From Hyaloraphidium curvatum SAG 235-1 (lineage: Eukaryota > Fungi > Monoblepharomycota): 64,000 nt of DNA. The notes beneath the pieces are model-generated. The model was not told where the DNA came from, made no database searches, and was given only the letters and a program-made list of their open reading frames with translations. The position numbers and the translations under genes were made by a program. Each line of letters starts with the position of its first letter. Within the stretch, counting starts at the first letter, position 1. Positions 44,312-56,010 of this stretch are shown piece by piece. The DNA lies in assembly GCA_025558095.1 (NCBI GenBank), contig JAIVFI010000017.1, positions 1 through 64,000 of the forward strand, read 5' to 3'.

Positions 44312-46314
44312 ATGCGCGCCGCCCCGATCCTCGCCGCGGCCGGCGTCGCGGTGCTCGCGCTCGTGGGCCGCGCCGACGCGCAGGGCGTGGCGTGGGCCGG
44401 CCGCGCCGAGCTCGCCGCGCTGTCCGGTTGCACGTCCGGCCTCCCCGGCACAAACGCGCCTCAGGTCGACGCGGCAAAGACGAACATGACGCGCGCGGAC
44501 ATCACCGTCGCCGCGTGGACAAAGCCCGTCACAGGCCGCAAGATGATCATGTACCTCGGCAAGGAGATGCACGGCACCGCCGCCTGCGTCGCAGACTCGA
44601 TCGGCTCCACAAGCACCTGCCGCTACGACTTCACGCTCCAGGGCACCTGGCGCTCGCTGCGCGGCTGCGGCTGGTCGAACCCAGACACCGCGAGCCGCCC
44701 CGGCTACGAGGTCCGCAACAGCACCGTCTGTGAGTCACGCGCCCCCGGGCGGCCCAGCACGGCCTGATCGCGCCCCGCGCCGCAGATCTCGAGTGGCAGG
44801 ACCAGTTCGCCGGGGGCAACCGCCAGGCCTCGCGCTACGCCTACCCGGTGTCCATCGCCCTGCCCACGACCGTGAACGTGCAGACCGACATCAAGGTCCT
44901 CGAGGAGTCGGGCATCAAGAACTTCAACCTGACGGGGCTGTCGTACGACATTACCGACGGGCAGCGCTTCCTGATCGTCGACTTCACCATGTTCTCGAGG
45001 TGCGTTGCTCGCGGGTGCGCTGATGGGCCGCGATCTGATTCTTCTCTCTCTTCAGGTGGCCCAACAACCTCACCCTTGACGCCGACTCGGGCTACATCCA
45101 GCTGCCCGGCTACACCGGTTCGGTCGAGATCGTCTCGTACACCCTGCCCACCTGCGTCAAGACCGACGGCTCTTCCAGCACGGCCTTCACCACTCAGGAC
45201 TTTTGCTACCAGAACGGCCAGCTCAAGATCGCTATCGGCGACCGCTGCAACGTCGGCGGCACCTACGCCTTCAACTTCGACACCAATTGCTTCCCCGGCG
45301 CGGCAAACACAAACACCTGCACCGGGAAGGTGCTCACGGCCAATGCTCTCATCGGAACGCCCAACGCCTCGGGCGCCCTCGAGCTCGACCTCTGCAACGC
45401 GCTGCTCAACACCGTGGCCGCCGTCACCGGCGTCATGGTCGCCGACAAGCCTCAGGGCTACTTCTTTGGCGACACCGTGACCCTCACGGCCACCTTCACC
45501 TCGCCCGACCTGCCCATCTACGAGGCCCGCCTGACCAAGATGATCCTCGGCCGCAACAAGGTCGAGCGTACGCCCAACATCGGTGCCGCCACCACCGTGA
45601 CCCGCAATGTGAACACAACCCTCGTCGACTCGGCCGCCGGCCCCGCCGCCGTCGGGGCGCTGTCGACGCTCGCGACGAACACCAACTTCACCTACCTGCC
45701 CACGGCCGACCCCAACGTGGTCAACATGAAGATAACGCCCAATATGTTGCCCAAGCAAGCGGGGGTGGATTTCAACGACAATTCGTTCCTGACCACGGAC
45801 GACTTTGACTCGATCACCGTGAGCAGCACGCTCGTGCAAACCGCGCCGAAATCGGCAGCTCACACCCCTTTCCCTCCAGGACTACACCTTCTACGCCACC
45901 TTCCGCATCTACTTCGACCAGCAGTCCGCCGCCGGCCAGCGCCGCCGCCGCCTCCTCGCCCGCGACGTGCAGGTGCCCGCCCCGGCCCTCCGCCAGACAA
46001 CGACCAGCAACCAGAACGCCAACGCCGCGCTCACGGTCCCCCCCAACCCCAACGCCGTCGTCACCCAGCCCACGACCGCCCCCGTCGCCCCCGTCGCTCA
46101 GCCCGCCGCCGCCACCGGCACCTCCGAGGCCCTGGTCATCGCCGCCATCGTCATCGGCGTCCTCGCGCTGCTGGCCGCGTGCTGCACGCTGTTCGTGCTG
46201 CTGGCCATGCGCCGCAAGGACAGGAAGAGGGAGGAGGAGGACGCGTTCATCAGGCAGAGGCTGGTGGCGGGGCTGGACAGCGCAAAGGCGCCGGCCTGGG
46301 GCACGTCGGCTTGA
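44312..46314 (+). CDS. Type I membrane/secreted protein with a ZP-module-like architecture (introns 44730-44785, 45000-45055, 45819-45879)
   Basis: Signal peptide; Cys-containing beta-rich ectodomain; RRRRLL furin-type site; TM LVIAAIVIGVLALLAACCTLFVLLAM followed by RRKDRKR. Confidence 0.85.
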
Positions 46315-46381
46315 GGAATTTTGGAGGAGGAGGATTCGACGGGTATTGCATCGGGGGCTTGGAAGCTTATCATGACTTATC

Positions 46382-46429
46382 AGTTCAAGTTTTGAAGAAG
46401 ATCGAAGTTCAAGTTTTGAAGAAGATCGA
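46382..46429 (+). repeat. Perfect 24-bp tandem duplication in the 3' UTR/intergenic region
   Basis: agttcaagttttgaagaagatcga x2. Confidence 0.95.
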
Positions 46430-46505
46430 AGGGGGAATCTTCAATGTGCGCTCGAAGCACATCATCCGTCCACCCCGACAACGAGAATGGTTGACCTGGT
46501 CCTGA

Positions 46506-48243
46506 TCATCCCCGGTGCTTGGTCAGCCGGCAGAAGCACGGCACATCGATCGGCGTGTCCGCCAGCCCCGCCAGCCTTTCCAAATCCTTTCGCACCTCGC
46601 CGGCCTCCTCCGACCCGCCCCGTCCCGTCCGCTCGAGGCACTCGGCGAGGCCACGCAGCGCCCACAGGTTCTTGGGATGCTTCCCCAGATCCTCCCGCAG
46701 CACCCCCTCGGCCTCCTCCACCCGCCCCTGCTCCAGCAGCAGAGCCCCCAGCGCGTGCCTTACGGGCTGCATCTGCCCCTCGGGCTCGTCGTACACCAGC
46801 TCGTCCGCCAACCTGGCGCCCTCGCGCAGCGCGGAGAAGGCCCCGTCGTGCTCGCCCCGGCGGTAAAGCACCTCGCCCAGGGCGAGGCGGGAGGAGACGG
46901 CGAGGAGGGCCTCGGCGGTGTTGTTGAACAGCGTCCGCGAGGCCGGCACGCGCGCGCGGGCGGCCTCGAACGCCAACCGCTCCGCCTCGGCCTCGTCGGG
47001 GCGCGACAAGGAGGCCAGTGCGACGGCGCGCGCGTACAGCCGCGTCGCCTCGACGGTGCAGAACACCTCCGCGTCCTCCGGTGCGGGCTGGGCGAGGATC
47101 TCGTCCCATTTCCCGAAGCGGATCCAGACGTGGTACGGTACCGCGACAAAGGCCTCGAGCCAGTCGGGGCGTTCGGCGATCAAATGGGAGGGGGTGGAGG
47201 CCAGTTCCTGCGCGGCCGAGATGGCCTTTTCGTAGATGCCTGCGAACATGGCGGCGTAGACGAGGAGGTGCAGGTCGTGGAAGCTGGCGGGCGGCATCAG
47301 GTGAGAAACTTAGCGGGCGGGCCGTCCCAAGGAAACCCACCGATAGAGCGTGTAGAACCCCTCGGGACCCCGGTAGGCGAGGTACTTCCTGTCCGCGACC
47401 ACGGCCAGCTCGTTGGCCAGGATCGCGGCCGAATAGTCCCCGACCAGCATGTCGACGTGGCTGGGCATGTGGACCAGGTGGCCGCCGTCGGGGACGAGCA
47501 GGCGGAGCCTGTTGGCGTACTCGAGCGATTTGCCGGGGTCGGGAGACATCTCGTAGGCGTGGATGTGGAAGTGGAGCAGGCTTCCGGAAGATGTTGAGAT
47601 GCGCGGAAGTTCGAGGGCTGGACGTGACCTACGCGGGATGGTCGCCCTGTAGGGCCAGCCCTTCGTCGAGCAGCGCCAGGATGTCGGCGATCTTGGTGTC
47701 GTCGGCCATCTTGCCGTCCTTCCAGAGCCGCCACGGCGACAGCTGCATGAGCGACTCGATGTAGACGGCGATGATGTCCGCGTCGCTTTGCCCGTACTCC
47801 TCGTAGACACGTCGCATCGCGTCGGCGTAAGCAAGGTCCAGTTCGGCGCGCAGCTCGGCTGCAGGGCTATCCTCGCTGCCTTCCGGAGGCAGGTGGCGGA
47901 CCGCCATGGCGCGAAAGAGCGCCTTCTCGGCCTCGGGAAACAACTCCGCGCGCGACGCGTCCCCGAGCAGCTCCAGCCCCTCGCGCAGGATCTCGGCCGC
48001 CATCTCCGGCTCGTCCGCCTCGGGGTTGTTGTAGTGCGGCCCGCAGTTTGCCGCCAGCCCCCACATGGCCATCAGGCACGCCGGGTCCTCATCGAGCGCG
48101 CGGCGGAAGCACCAGCGCGCCTCCTGGTGGTTGAAGGCGTGGCCCCACGCCGCGCCGCGGTCGAACCACGTCTGCGCCGCGGGGGACGCGGCGGTGACCT
48201 TCCGGGAGTGCGCGCCGAGGGAGAAGGGGTAGTCGTCCGCCAT
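46506..48243 (-). CDS. TPR-like helical repeat protein of the AQxWFDRG..FNHxEA family; 2 introns
   Basis: AQTWFDRGAAWGHAFNHQEA, GPHYN, HFHIHAYEMS, HLVHMPSH, LVYDEP, HPKNLWAL, CFCR. Confidence 0.85.
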
Positions 48244-48339
48244 TTCGGCGAACACGCGTGTCCTCGCGAGATGTGCTTGTCGAGACGATATCGTGATCGA
48301 CTCGCGATGGAATGGGTGGTGCATGCAAACAAGGAAACA

Positions 48340-50359
48340 ATGCTCGCCGTCCAGCGCCCGCATCGTGCCGTGAGCGCGCTCCGGCGCTCCTTCGGACGTG
48401 TTTCGGCACCGTCTCTTGCATTTGCGGGTCCCGGTCGGCCCTTGCGGTGCGCGTCCGCGGCGGCGAGCGCGTCCCGGAACGCGACAGGCGCCGCAACCCG
48501 GCAGCATCGGCCGCGGCCGGCGGTCGGCCTTCCTGCGCCCCGGTTCTCGTCGTCTGCCCCTGAGAGGAATGCCGAGCTGGAGCGGCTGCGCGAGGTCCTG
48601 GAGAGCGCCGACCGGAGGCGGATCCCGCTCGCCACGGCCGCATATGCGGTCTGGGACGCTTACACCGCCCTCGGATCGCCCGAGGGCCTGACCGGGGAGG
48701 ATGTGCGGGATGTCGCCCGCTTTCTCACCGCACACGCAATAGCGGAGCAGGGGAAACTGCGGCGAGGTCCAAAGGACCGGACCGAGGCCCAGCGCGGGAC
48801 CGCGAAGCTCGTCGACGAGGCGAACGTCAGGACGCGCCGCCTCCTTGTCGACGCTGCCCGAAAAGGTGGCATTGCGATCAACGAGAAGGCTGTTGTTTGG
48901 TTCATCCAGGTGAATGACCGACTTCTGGTGTGAGTGCTCCTTCCCGGCCTCCTTGGCCCCCGTTCCGTGTGGCCGCTGACCTCGATCCGTTCTCTGCAGC
49001 TCCTATGCGGCGTGCAAAGAACTGATGGCCACGTCTGAAGACCTGGAAGGCTATCCGAGGCGACAGACGAGCGTCGCGGATCTCGCTGTTCCTCTGTGGG
49101 CTTTAAACAAGGATGACCAAGCGATTCGGTCCCGTTCGGCAAAACGGGACGCTTTGGACCCGCTGGAAGTGGACCCGGACCCGGAAGCTGCACTGCGCGC
49201 GGCCATCCTGAGCGGTCCAGACCTGGGGATCACGGACCTCTGCGCCCCGGGTATGCCCCAGGGCTCGGTGACGCCGGTGCGCAAGGTTCTCCAGCTCCTG
49301 TCTTTTGCCGCCGCCCGCCATAGGCAGGGGCAGCGAGGCATCGTGGATACTTACACTTGTGCCGCCGCGGCCGAGGCTGCCAAAGCCTGGAACCATCCCC
49401 GGCTTGCCCGCGCCGTGGTCGAGGTCCTTTTGGGTGACCCTTTCGGCGTGTCTCCCAATGCGGCGCTCTTCAACATCCTCCTCGCGGAAGCTTCCGACGG
49501 GCGGGACTCTGAAGCCGGCGACGAGCTGCTCGCGCGGATGCGGCGGCTGCGTCTCGAACCACACCTCGACATGTTCAACACCATGATCCGCTTCTACGCG
49601 CGTACGGGAAGGCTCGGTCTGGCCCGCGACACCCTCAAGGAGATGGTGGCCGCGGGACACAAACAGGACGAGGTGACGGGGTTGGCCCTGCTGGAAGGCA
49701 TCCTCACTGCGGAGACCACGGTGGAGGACGTGATACGGACGATGGACTTGTTGGCAGAAGCGCGGATCGCGGTTACGTTCAAGCACTGGAACAAGGCCCT
49801 GCGCCACTTTGCCGACCAAGGAGACCTCCAAAGCATGGAACGTATTTGGAACGACTTGCCCGTTGCGCCGAACGAAACAACCGTCGCCACGTGTGCAAAC
49901 GCCTACGAGAAGTTCGGCAGCGCGGACCAGCTCCTTACCTTCCTTGACGGCGCGCCGAGGCAGTTGCTTTCGACGTCGGAGACGTGGAGCGCCGCAATCC
50001 GCGCGTTCGCCCGGCGGTGGACCGTCTCTCGGGACGAGGAGTTTGGTGATTTGGCCTTTGCCCTCTGCTGCGCCGTCCTCGATCGAGTCCCGATCGACGC
50101 CGCCGCGTTGCCCCTCGGGAAGCGGGATCTGCCGCTGGCGGGGATGTCGCCGCCGCGGCCGATGCCGGGGCTGCTCCTGGTAGTCTTCGAAGGCATGCGG
50201 ACGAGGTTTGAGGGCGACCGCCTGCGGATCCTCGAAGAAAAGGGCCGGGCCTACCTTGTCTCTGAGGGGCACTCGGTGGGCCCGGACATGGACGCCAAGG
50301 GGATGCACGAGATGCTGGACCGGTCCTTTGGCAACCACCGTCGCAGTGGACCGGGCTGA
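48340..50359 (+). CDS. PPR protein copy 4 (in-frame deletion of about 65 codons after ACKELM)
   Basis: Exon 1 is nearly identical to that of copy 3; same intron position; PPR tract intact. Confidence 0.85.
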
Positions 50360-50575
50360 TCGCCTGCGGATTCTCGACGAAAAGGGCCAGGCCTATACCT
50401 CGTCGCGGGAGTTACCCGGAAGCTCGGAACATGGACGCCACGGGAATGCTATGTTGCTCGAGCAATCGATAGGCAGTTGCGGCCGCAGTGTCAAACGGAT
50501 CGGACGTCCTTCCGGCGCGCATGGGCGGGGTTGATGGATTCTCCGCGGGGCGAGCATGCTCTGTAGACAATTCAG
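50358..50575 (+). pseudogene. Degenerate tandem remnant of a PPR 3' end plus 3' UTR
   Basis: gatcgcctgcggattctcgacgaaaaggg...gggcggggttgatggattctccgcggggcgagcatgctctgtag matches the 3' end and UTR of copy 3 (41350-41560, reverse strand). Confidence 0.85.
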
Positions 50576-50819
50576 CACACGCTTTCAATCCGCCCTCCTG
50601 ATTAGCGTTGTGTGTTTGAGAAGCCATGCCGCCTCACCTGCAGCCCGTGACGACCGCGTTCGTAGCCGGCTCAACTTCGATTCGACGGACCTCATTCCCG
50701 GCCAACTCCGCGTGCTCCAGGCACGTCCAGGCCCCGGCGACCCATTCCCAAATACCCATTTCCGTCGTTCCCCGGCCCATGGCCCCCCATCTGTCCCGGA
50801 CTCGACGTCGGCGGCGGTG

Positions 50820-52397
50820 ATGCCCGGGGAACGGTCTCGCCTTCTGCTGGCCCTCGCGGCCCTCGCGGTTGCGCTCCTGTTTCTTCTTCCGCCGTGGAGC
50901 GCGGACAGGCGCGTCGGGAACACTGGGAAGAGCGGAAACGGCGCTGTGGACTCGCGAGACGTCGCGGGCAACACGGACTCTGCGGGCGGAGCCGTCGGAA
51001 CCGGTCCCCGGGGCGGCATCTACGGGCAACAAGCGAAACCGCTGACGCCGCTCAAGCGACCCGATAGAGCCAAGCCGAATTGGAACCAGCCGCTGGAGTT
51101 TGCGCCAGCAGGGAAGGAGGACGGGACGGGCGACGCGGTCCGGCCCGGGGACGCAGCCGACGGCACGACGGAGCCGTCAAATGGCGATCTTCGATCCGAG
51201 GACGGCGAGGCTGCCGAGGAAGAGGACGGAAATGAGGCCGGAAAGCGGGGACTCAACCCCCCCGCCGAGCTTCCCTCGGACTTCCTCTACACCCCGCTCG
51301 GCCAATCCCACACCTCCTACCTCCTCCTCCCCCGCTCTGGCCTCGCCCCCCTCACCCACGAGATCCAGTCCCTCATCCTGCGGCACCAGTACCGCCCCGC
51401 TTCCGAATGCGCCGCGGCAAAGTTCATGAGCAACGGCTGGTTCAGCGGCATGGGCCACGAATGGCACGTCGGGGGCCAATACCTCGCCCTGGCCATGGAG
51501 CTCGGCCGGATCTTCCTCTGGGACAGCAAGTCGGGGGTGCACTACGCCCGCGGGCCGCACTGCGAGGGCGCGCCGAGGTCGTGGCTCTGCTACTTCCGGC
51601 CCGAGACCAACTGCTCCGCGTGGGCCAACGAGGGAAACACGATCCCGGCGGCCAACATCACCAAGACGGAGAGGATGGTGGTCGAGGGTCGGGACTTTGT
51701 GTCGACCGAGGTGGCGGACCTGGTCCGGCGCGAGCGGCCCGAGATCACGGTGCCGGAGCTCAAGTACCTCTGGCGGGCGCAGTCGGTCGCGTTCTTGATC
51801 CGGCTCAACGACAAGACCGTGGACGCGGTGCGCAGGCTGCGGATGGAGCCCAACATGACCGCGGTCGCGGGCAGCCCGGGCCCGCCCGAGTCTGTGTTTC
51901 CCCTCCCGCGGGGCTGCATCTCGGCGCACGTCAGGCACGGGGACAAAGGCCGCGAGATGCCGCTGGTGGCGTACTCGGCGTACGCGGCGGCTGCGGAACG
52001 CCTGCGCTGGCTGAACCCCACCCCCTTCCGCCGGGTCATGTTCCTTTCGAGCGAGGACCCGAAGGTGATCGAGGAGGGCGCCTCGCTGCCGGAAAAGTGG
52101 ACCGTGTACTACTCGGACATCCCGCGGGAGAACACCAACGGGCAGAGGCAGCAGGTGCTGCATCCGATGATGACGGTCCTCCATTTGCTGCAGCTGCTGA
52201 TGGCGCTCGAGTGCGACGCGTGGATCGGGACCAGGGGATCCAACTGGTGGGTCATCCGGGCGGTGCTGCTTCTATTCTGACGGCGCGGCGGCAGGAATCG
52301 CCTCATTGACGAGCTCAAGTGCGTCTGGGTCGCCAAGTGCGGGCATCCCTACGTCGAGGTCGGCCCGGACAACAGCTTCGACGGGTACCGGTGGTGA
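50820..52397 (+). CDS. Type II membrane alpha-1,6-fucosyltransferase-like protein (GT23, FUT8/NodZ-like)
   Basis: N-terminal TM; GMGHEWH, ISAHVRHGDK (cf. VHVRRTDK), MFLSSEDP, CDAWIGTRGSNW-intron-NRLIDEL. Confidence 0.8.
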
Positions 52398-53004
52398 GCT
52401 GACGCGGGCGGTGTCGCGTGCGGGCCGGCCGCCATAACGTCAGCTGCCCGATCGAGCCCGGGGCCAATCCGGGGCACAGCCCTTGCAGCACCGCCATGGG
52501 CCGACTCGACTCCCGACTCCCGGCCCCCCGGTCGGTTGGCAGTGCCGGCCGGACGACCGACCGGGCCTCCCACGGGACGTAACGGCGCTGCGTTGGGCTC
52601 GATTGCCAAGCAGATGGCCCAACGGATGCCCATCCGAGTGAGCCCGAGCGTCCCTAGTGGCTAACGGCATCCCGACGGGAGGCCGGCGGCTCGGGGCCTG
52701 GGCCGGGCGAATGACAAAACGGATCTTTCGGAACGCGGCGCGCGGGCCAAAACTCCAATAGACACCCGAACACACGGCATGAATTGCCAGCTCTTTTGGC
52801 CGGTCGCCTGATTGGGGCAATCCAGGGTCACGGAGTCGCGAAAGGGCCGACGAAGATTGAGCACCGCCCCGAGGCTCTTTTTTCGAATTTCCAGGGATTG
52901 CCGCCGAGTGACGTTGGGGCGGCCCAAGCGTCCCGGCATAAAAGGCGACGCCAAAAACCCACCGGCTCCATTCGCACACTTGCTCTCCATCGCCTGCCTC
53001 CGCC

Positions 53005-54531
53005 ATGCCGCAGCAACACCGCTCCGGCCGCGCGCTCCTCCTCGCCTGCGCCGCCGCGCTGCTCGCGCCGGCCGCCGCCGCGCCGCTCACTCCCCCCGGA
53101 CTCTTCACGGCGCAGCCCGGCCCACCCGCCGGCTCGCACGTCACCCACCCCTTCGCCTCGGGAGCCCAGTACGTCATCCTGAACAAGGCGCTCCTCGAGG
53201 ACGGCCCGTCGGTCATCGGCCTCAACGCGTTCGGCAAGCCCCTCCGCGGCGTGCGAAGGAGCAGCCAGGCGTCCAACGGCAAATTCGAGTGGTTCGGCTC
53301 GGTCGATGGCGCCGACTTGAGCAGCGCCGTCTTCGTCGGCTCGGCGGACGGAATCGCCGGCACCATTCGCACTTTGGACAAGGTGCGAAGTCGGAGTTGT
53401 TCGACGGCACACCCCGCTCACCCTAAGCTCTTTGTTGGCCAACAGGTCTACGAGGTCGCACCGGTCCACGGCGCCGTGCACGTCGTGTGGGAGATCGACC
53501 CCAACGCCTTCCCCGACGAGCTCCCTCCCAAGGCCGCACCCCCCGCACCCCGACTTTCGCTCGCCGCTCGCGGCTTGGAGGAACGCCAGACCTCCGGCAC
53601 CCCCGTCATCGATGTCCTCGTGGTCTACACCACCCAGGCCCGCATCGACGCGGGGAGTGACGCCAACATCCGCACCTCGGTCAACCTCGCCGTCACCGAG
53701 ACCAACGAGGCCTACCTGCAGAGCGGCGTGAACCAGCGGCTGCGCCTGGTCTACGCCGGCGAAGTCGCCTACACCACCGCCGGCTTCGACACGGACCTTG
53801 CCCGCCTGCAAAGCACCACGGACGGCTTCCTTGACGAGGTGCACGCCCTGCGCAACCAGTACGGCGCCGACCTCGTCTCCCTCATCATCACCGACACGGC
53901 CTACTGCGGCCTCGGCTACCTCAACGGCGGCGCCGACTGGGCCTTCACCGTCGTCAGCCGCACCTGCGCCACGGGCTACTACTCCTTCGGCCACGAGCTC
54001 GGGCACAACCAGGGTCTGATGCACGACCGCGCCAACGCCGGCGGGGGCTCGGGCGCGTACAGCTTCTCCTTCGGCTACCAGGACCCCAACAACCGGTTCA
54101 GGACCATCCTGGCGTACAACTGCCCGGTCGGCTGCCCCAGGCTCAAGTACTTCTCCAACCCCAACGTCCTCGAGCCGTCCTCCTCCGCACCCATGGGCGT
54201 CTCCTCCACTGCCGCGAACTCGGTTAGTTCGCTCCTCTCCCGCTCCAGGAGCATCCGGTCTGACCCCCTTGCCCCCTGCTTCCAGGCCGACAACGCGCAG
54301 TCCCTGAACCTCAACGCCGACGTCATCGCCGCCTTCCGCGCCGCCATCCCCCCGCCGCCCGTCGAAACCACCACTTCCCTGACTCGGACGTCGACGGCCA
54401 CCAAAACGCCCACAACCAGCGCGACCCGCACCGCGACGACGTCGCAGACCACCGCCACCAGGACGATGACCAGCAGCCGTTCGCGGACGGCTACCCCGAC
54501 GCGGACGACGACGACGAAGCGGAAGAAGTGA
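53005..54531 (+). CDS. Secreted bacterial-type reprolysin-like/peptidyl-Asp (M12B/M72-like) metalloprotease with a Thr-rich tail
   Basis: IDVLVVYT, LRNQYGADLV, CATGYYSFGHELGHNQGLMHD, FRTILAY, YFSNP; two probable in-frame introns. Confidence 0.88.
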   Translation: MPQQHRSGRALLLACAAALLAPAAAAPLTPPGLFTAQPGPPAGSHVTHPFASGAQYVILNKALLEDGPSVIGLNAFGKPLRGVRRSSQASNGKFEWFGSVDGADLSSAVFVGSADGIAGTIRTLDKVRSRSCSTAHPAHPKLFVGQQVYEVAPVHGAVHVVWEIDPNAFPDELPPKAAPPAPRLSLAARGLEERQTSGTPVIDVLVVYTTQARIDAGSDANIRTSVNLAVTETNEAYLQSGVNQRLRLVYAGEVAYTTAGFDTDLARLQSTTDGFLDEVHALRNQYGADLVSLIITDTAYCGLGYLNGGADWAFTVVSRTCATGYYSFGHELGHNQGLMHDRANAGGGSGAYSFSFGYQDPNNRFRTILAYNCPVGCPRLKYFSNPNVLEPSSSAPMGVSSTAANSVSSLLSRSRSIRSDPLAPCFQADNAQSLNLNADVIAAFRAAIPPPPVETTTSLTRTSTATKTPTTSATRTATTSQTTATRTMTSSRSRTATPTRTTTTKRKK

Positions 54532-54842
54532 TCGGAATGGGCGTCGAAAAGCGGACCTGTCTGGACTGTGCTGTACTTAATTCTCCGCGAAGAGAGCGCA
54601 TTGGACCTGCATCCGAAGTCCGCCTTGTCGCCGATTAGTCCACAGCCACGACATGAAGGCTCTCATTTGTGCTCGGCGAGGCCCGATAATGAAAGGAGGT
54701 GGGAGCAGACTCTGGAGAGGCAGAGCCTTGCGACTAAACATGCATAGATACGACACAGCAAGACAAAGGTACACGAAACAACAGCACAAGGGTATCAGAT
54801 GGCAGGCGGCTGGCGCTCCAGAGAACTCCATCCGTAGCCGAA

Positions 54843-55786
54843 TCAGTCGCTCTCGGTATCGGCCTCCTTGCCCCGACGCTTCCCGATCCGGGATGCAACG
54901 AGCCTGCCCACGCTCAGGGACCACCACCTGCCGGTGTTCTCCTGGTTCGACTCGATGTCGAGGTTGATCCGGGGCTGCGGCGTGGGGGTGACCGTCTGGA
55001 CCAGCAGTGAGCCTGAGCTTGGAGCGACAGCATCGGCATCCCAACCCACCAGAGTCGTCGTTGTCGGCACGGTCACGGTGGTGAGCCCCAGCGTAATGGT
55101 GCTCGTCAGCACGGTCCCGGTCTGGCAGCAGAACTTGGTAATGGTGCCGCTGTTGCCGCCATTGTTCCTCGCCTCGAGGGCGCGCGGCTCGGGGGTCAGG
55201 GTCGGGCACGCATCGCACGTATGGCGGCGGTGCAGCCCGTGCTGGTCGTGCACATGCACATCTGTCGTCGGCTCCGCGGTCGTCGGTGTCGGGCCATCCT
55301 CTGCGTCCGGGGCCCGCACGATGCTGGGCCGCAGCCGGAACAGCCCAGCCGCCCTGTCCAGCAGTCGCCGCAGCGGCACGGGGCTCACGGTGGTTGTCGT
55401 CGTCGTTCTGGTTATCGTGGTGCGCCGGGTGATCGTGACGATGAGGCTCCGGGTCGTGGTGGAGGTCGCGAAGTTGTTCGGCGCGCAGCAGCTGGGGGAC
55501 GGTGAATCGCCCGCCCTCGCGCCCGCGGCGGCCCCGGCAGACCCTCACCAGTTAATCGAGTTGGAGTATGAGCAGCCGGGACAGCTTTTGGGGCGGAGGC
55601 GGCGTCAGGCGCCGCGATTCGGGGCGACGGAGCGACGCACCAGGTCTCCGAAACAGCCGAATACGTGGTTGCCGTCGCGCCTCCTCCATCATTGTTCGCG
55701 GCCGCCGTCCGGAGGACCGCTAGTAGCGCAAAAAGGATGGCGAAGAGCAGAGGCCGGCCAGGCACGGCCCGTCGTCGGGGCGACAT
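54843..55786 (-). CDS. Secreted Cys/Thr-rich protein, multi-exon
   Basis: Signal peptide; spliced ETCCPGCSYSNSINCCCAP, Thr-rich strand, HRRHTCDACP..FCCQTG, Thr-rich strand. Confidence 0.65.
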
Positions 55787-55907
55787 GACTGCGGAGGAGT
55801 GGGGGATCGCTCAGCCGCCAACGGCACGCTCTGAGCCCTGAACACCTCGAGAGGAAGAAGACACACGAAGTCGTCTCTTAGCAATCCAACCACGCCAACA
55901 TGCGATG

Positions 55908-56010
55908 TCAGAGCTTGAGCTCCCGAACGTCCTTGCCCTCATCGTTTCCTTCCAGGCCTCAGAGCTTGAGCTCGCGAACGTCCTTGCCCTTCATCATTTC
56001 CTCCCACGCA
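55908..56010 (-). repeat. About 51-bp imperfect tandem duplication of the SDR C-terminus and stop codon
   Basis: tcagagcttgagctc(c/g)cgaacgtccttgccct(t)catc... occurs at 55908 and 55959. Confidence 0.9.

Noticed and set aside
41388-50575. Inverted PPR copies as terminal repeats of a transposon
   Set aside because: No transposase, short TIRs or target-site duplication seen; the repeats are gene copies.
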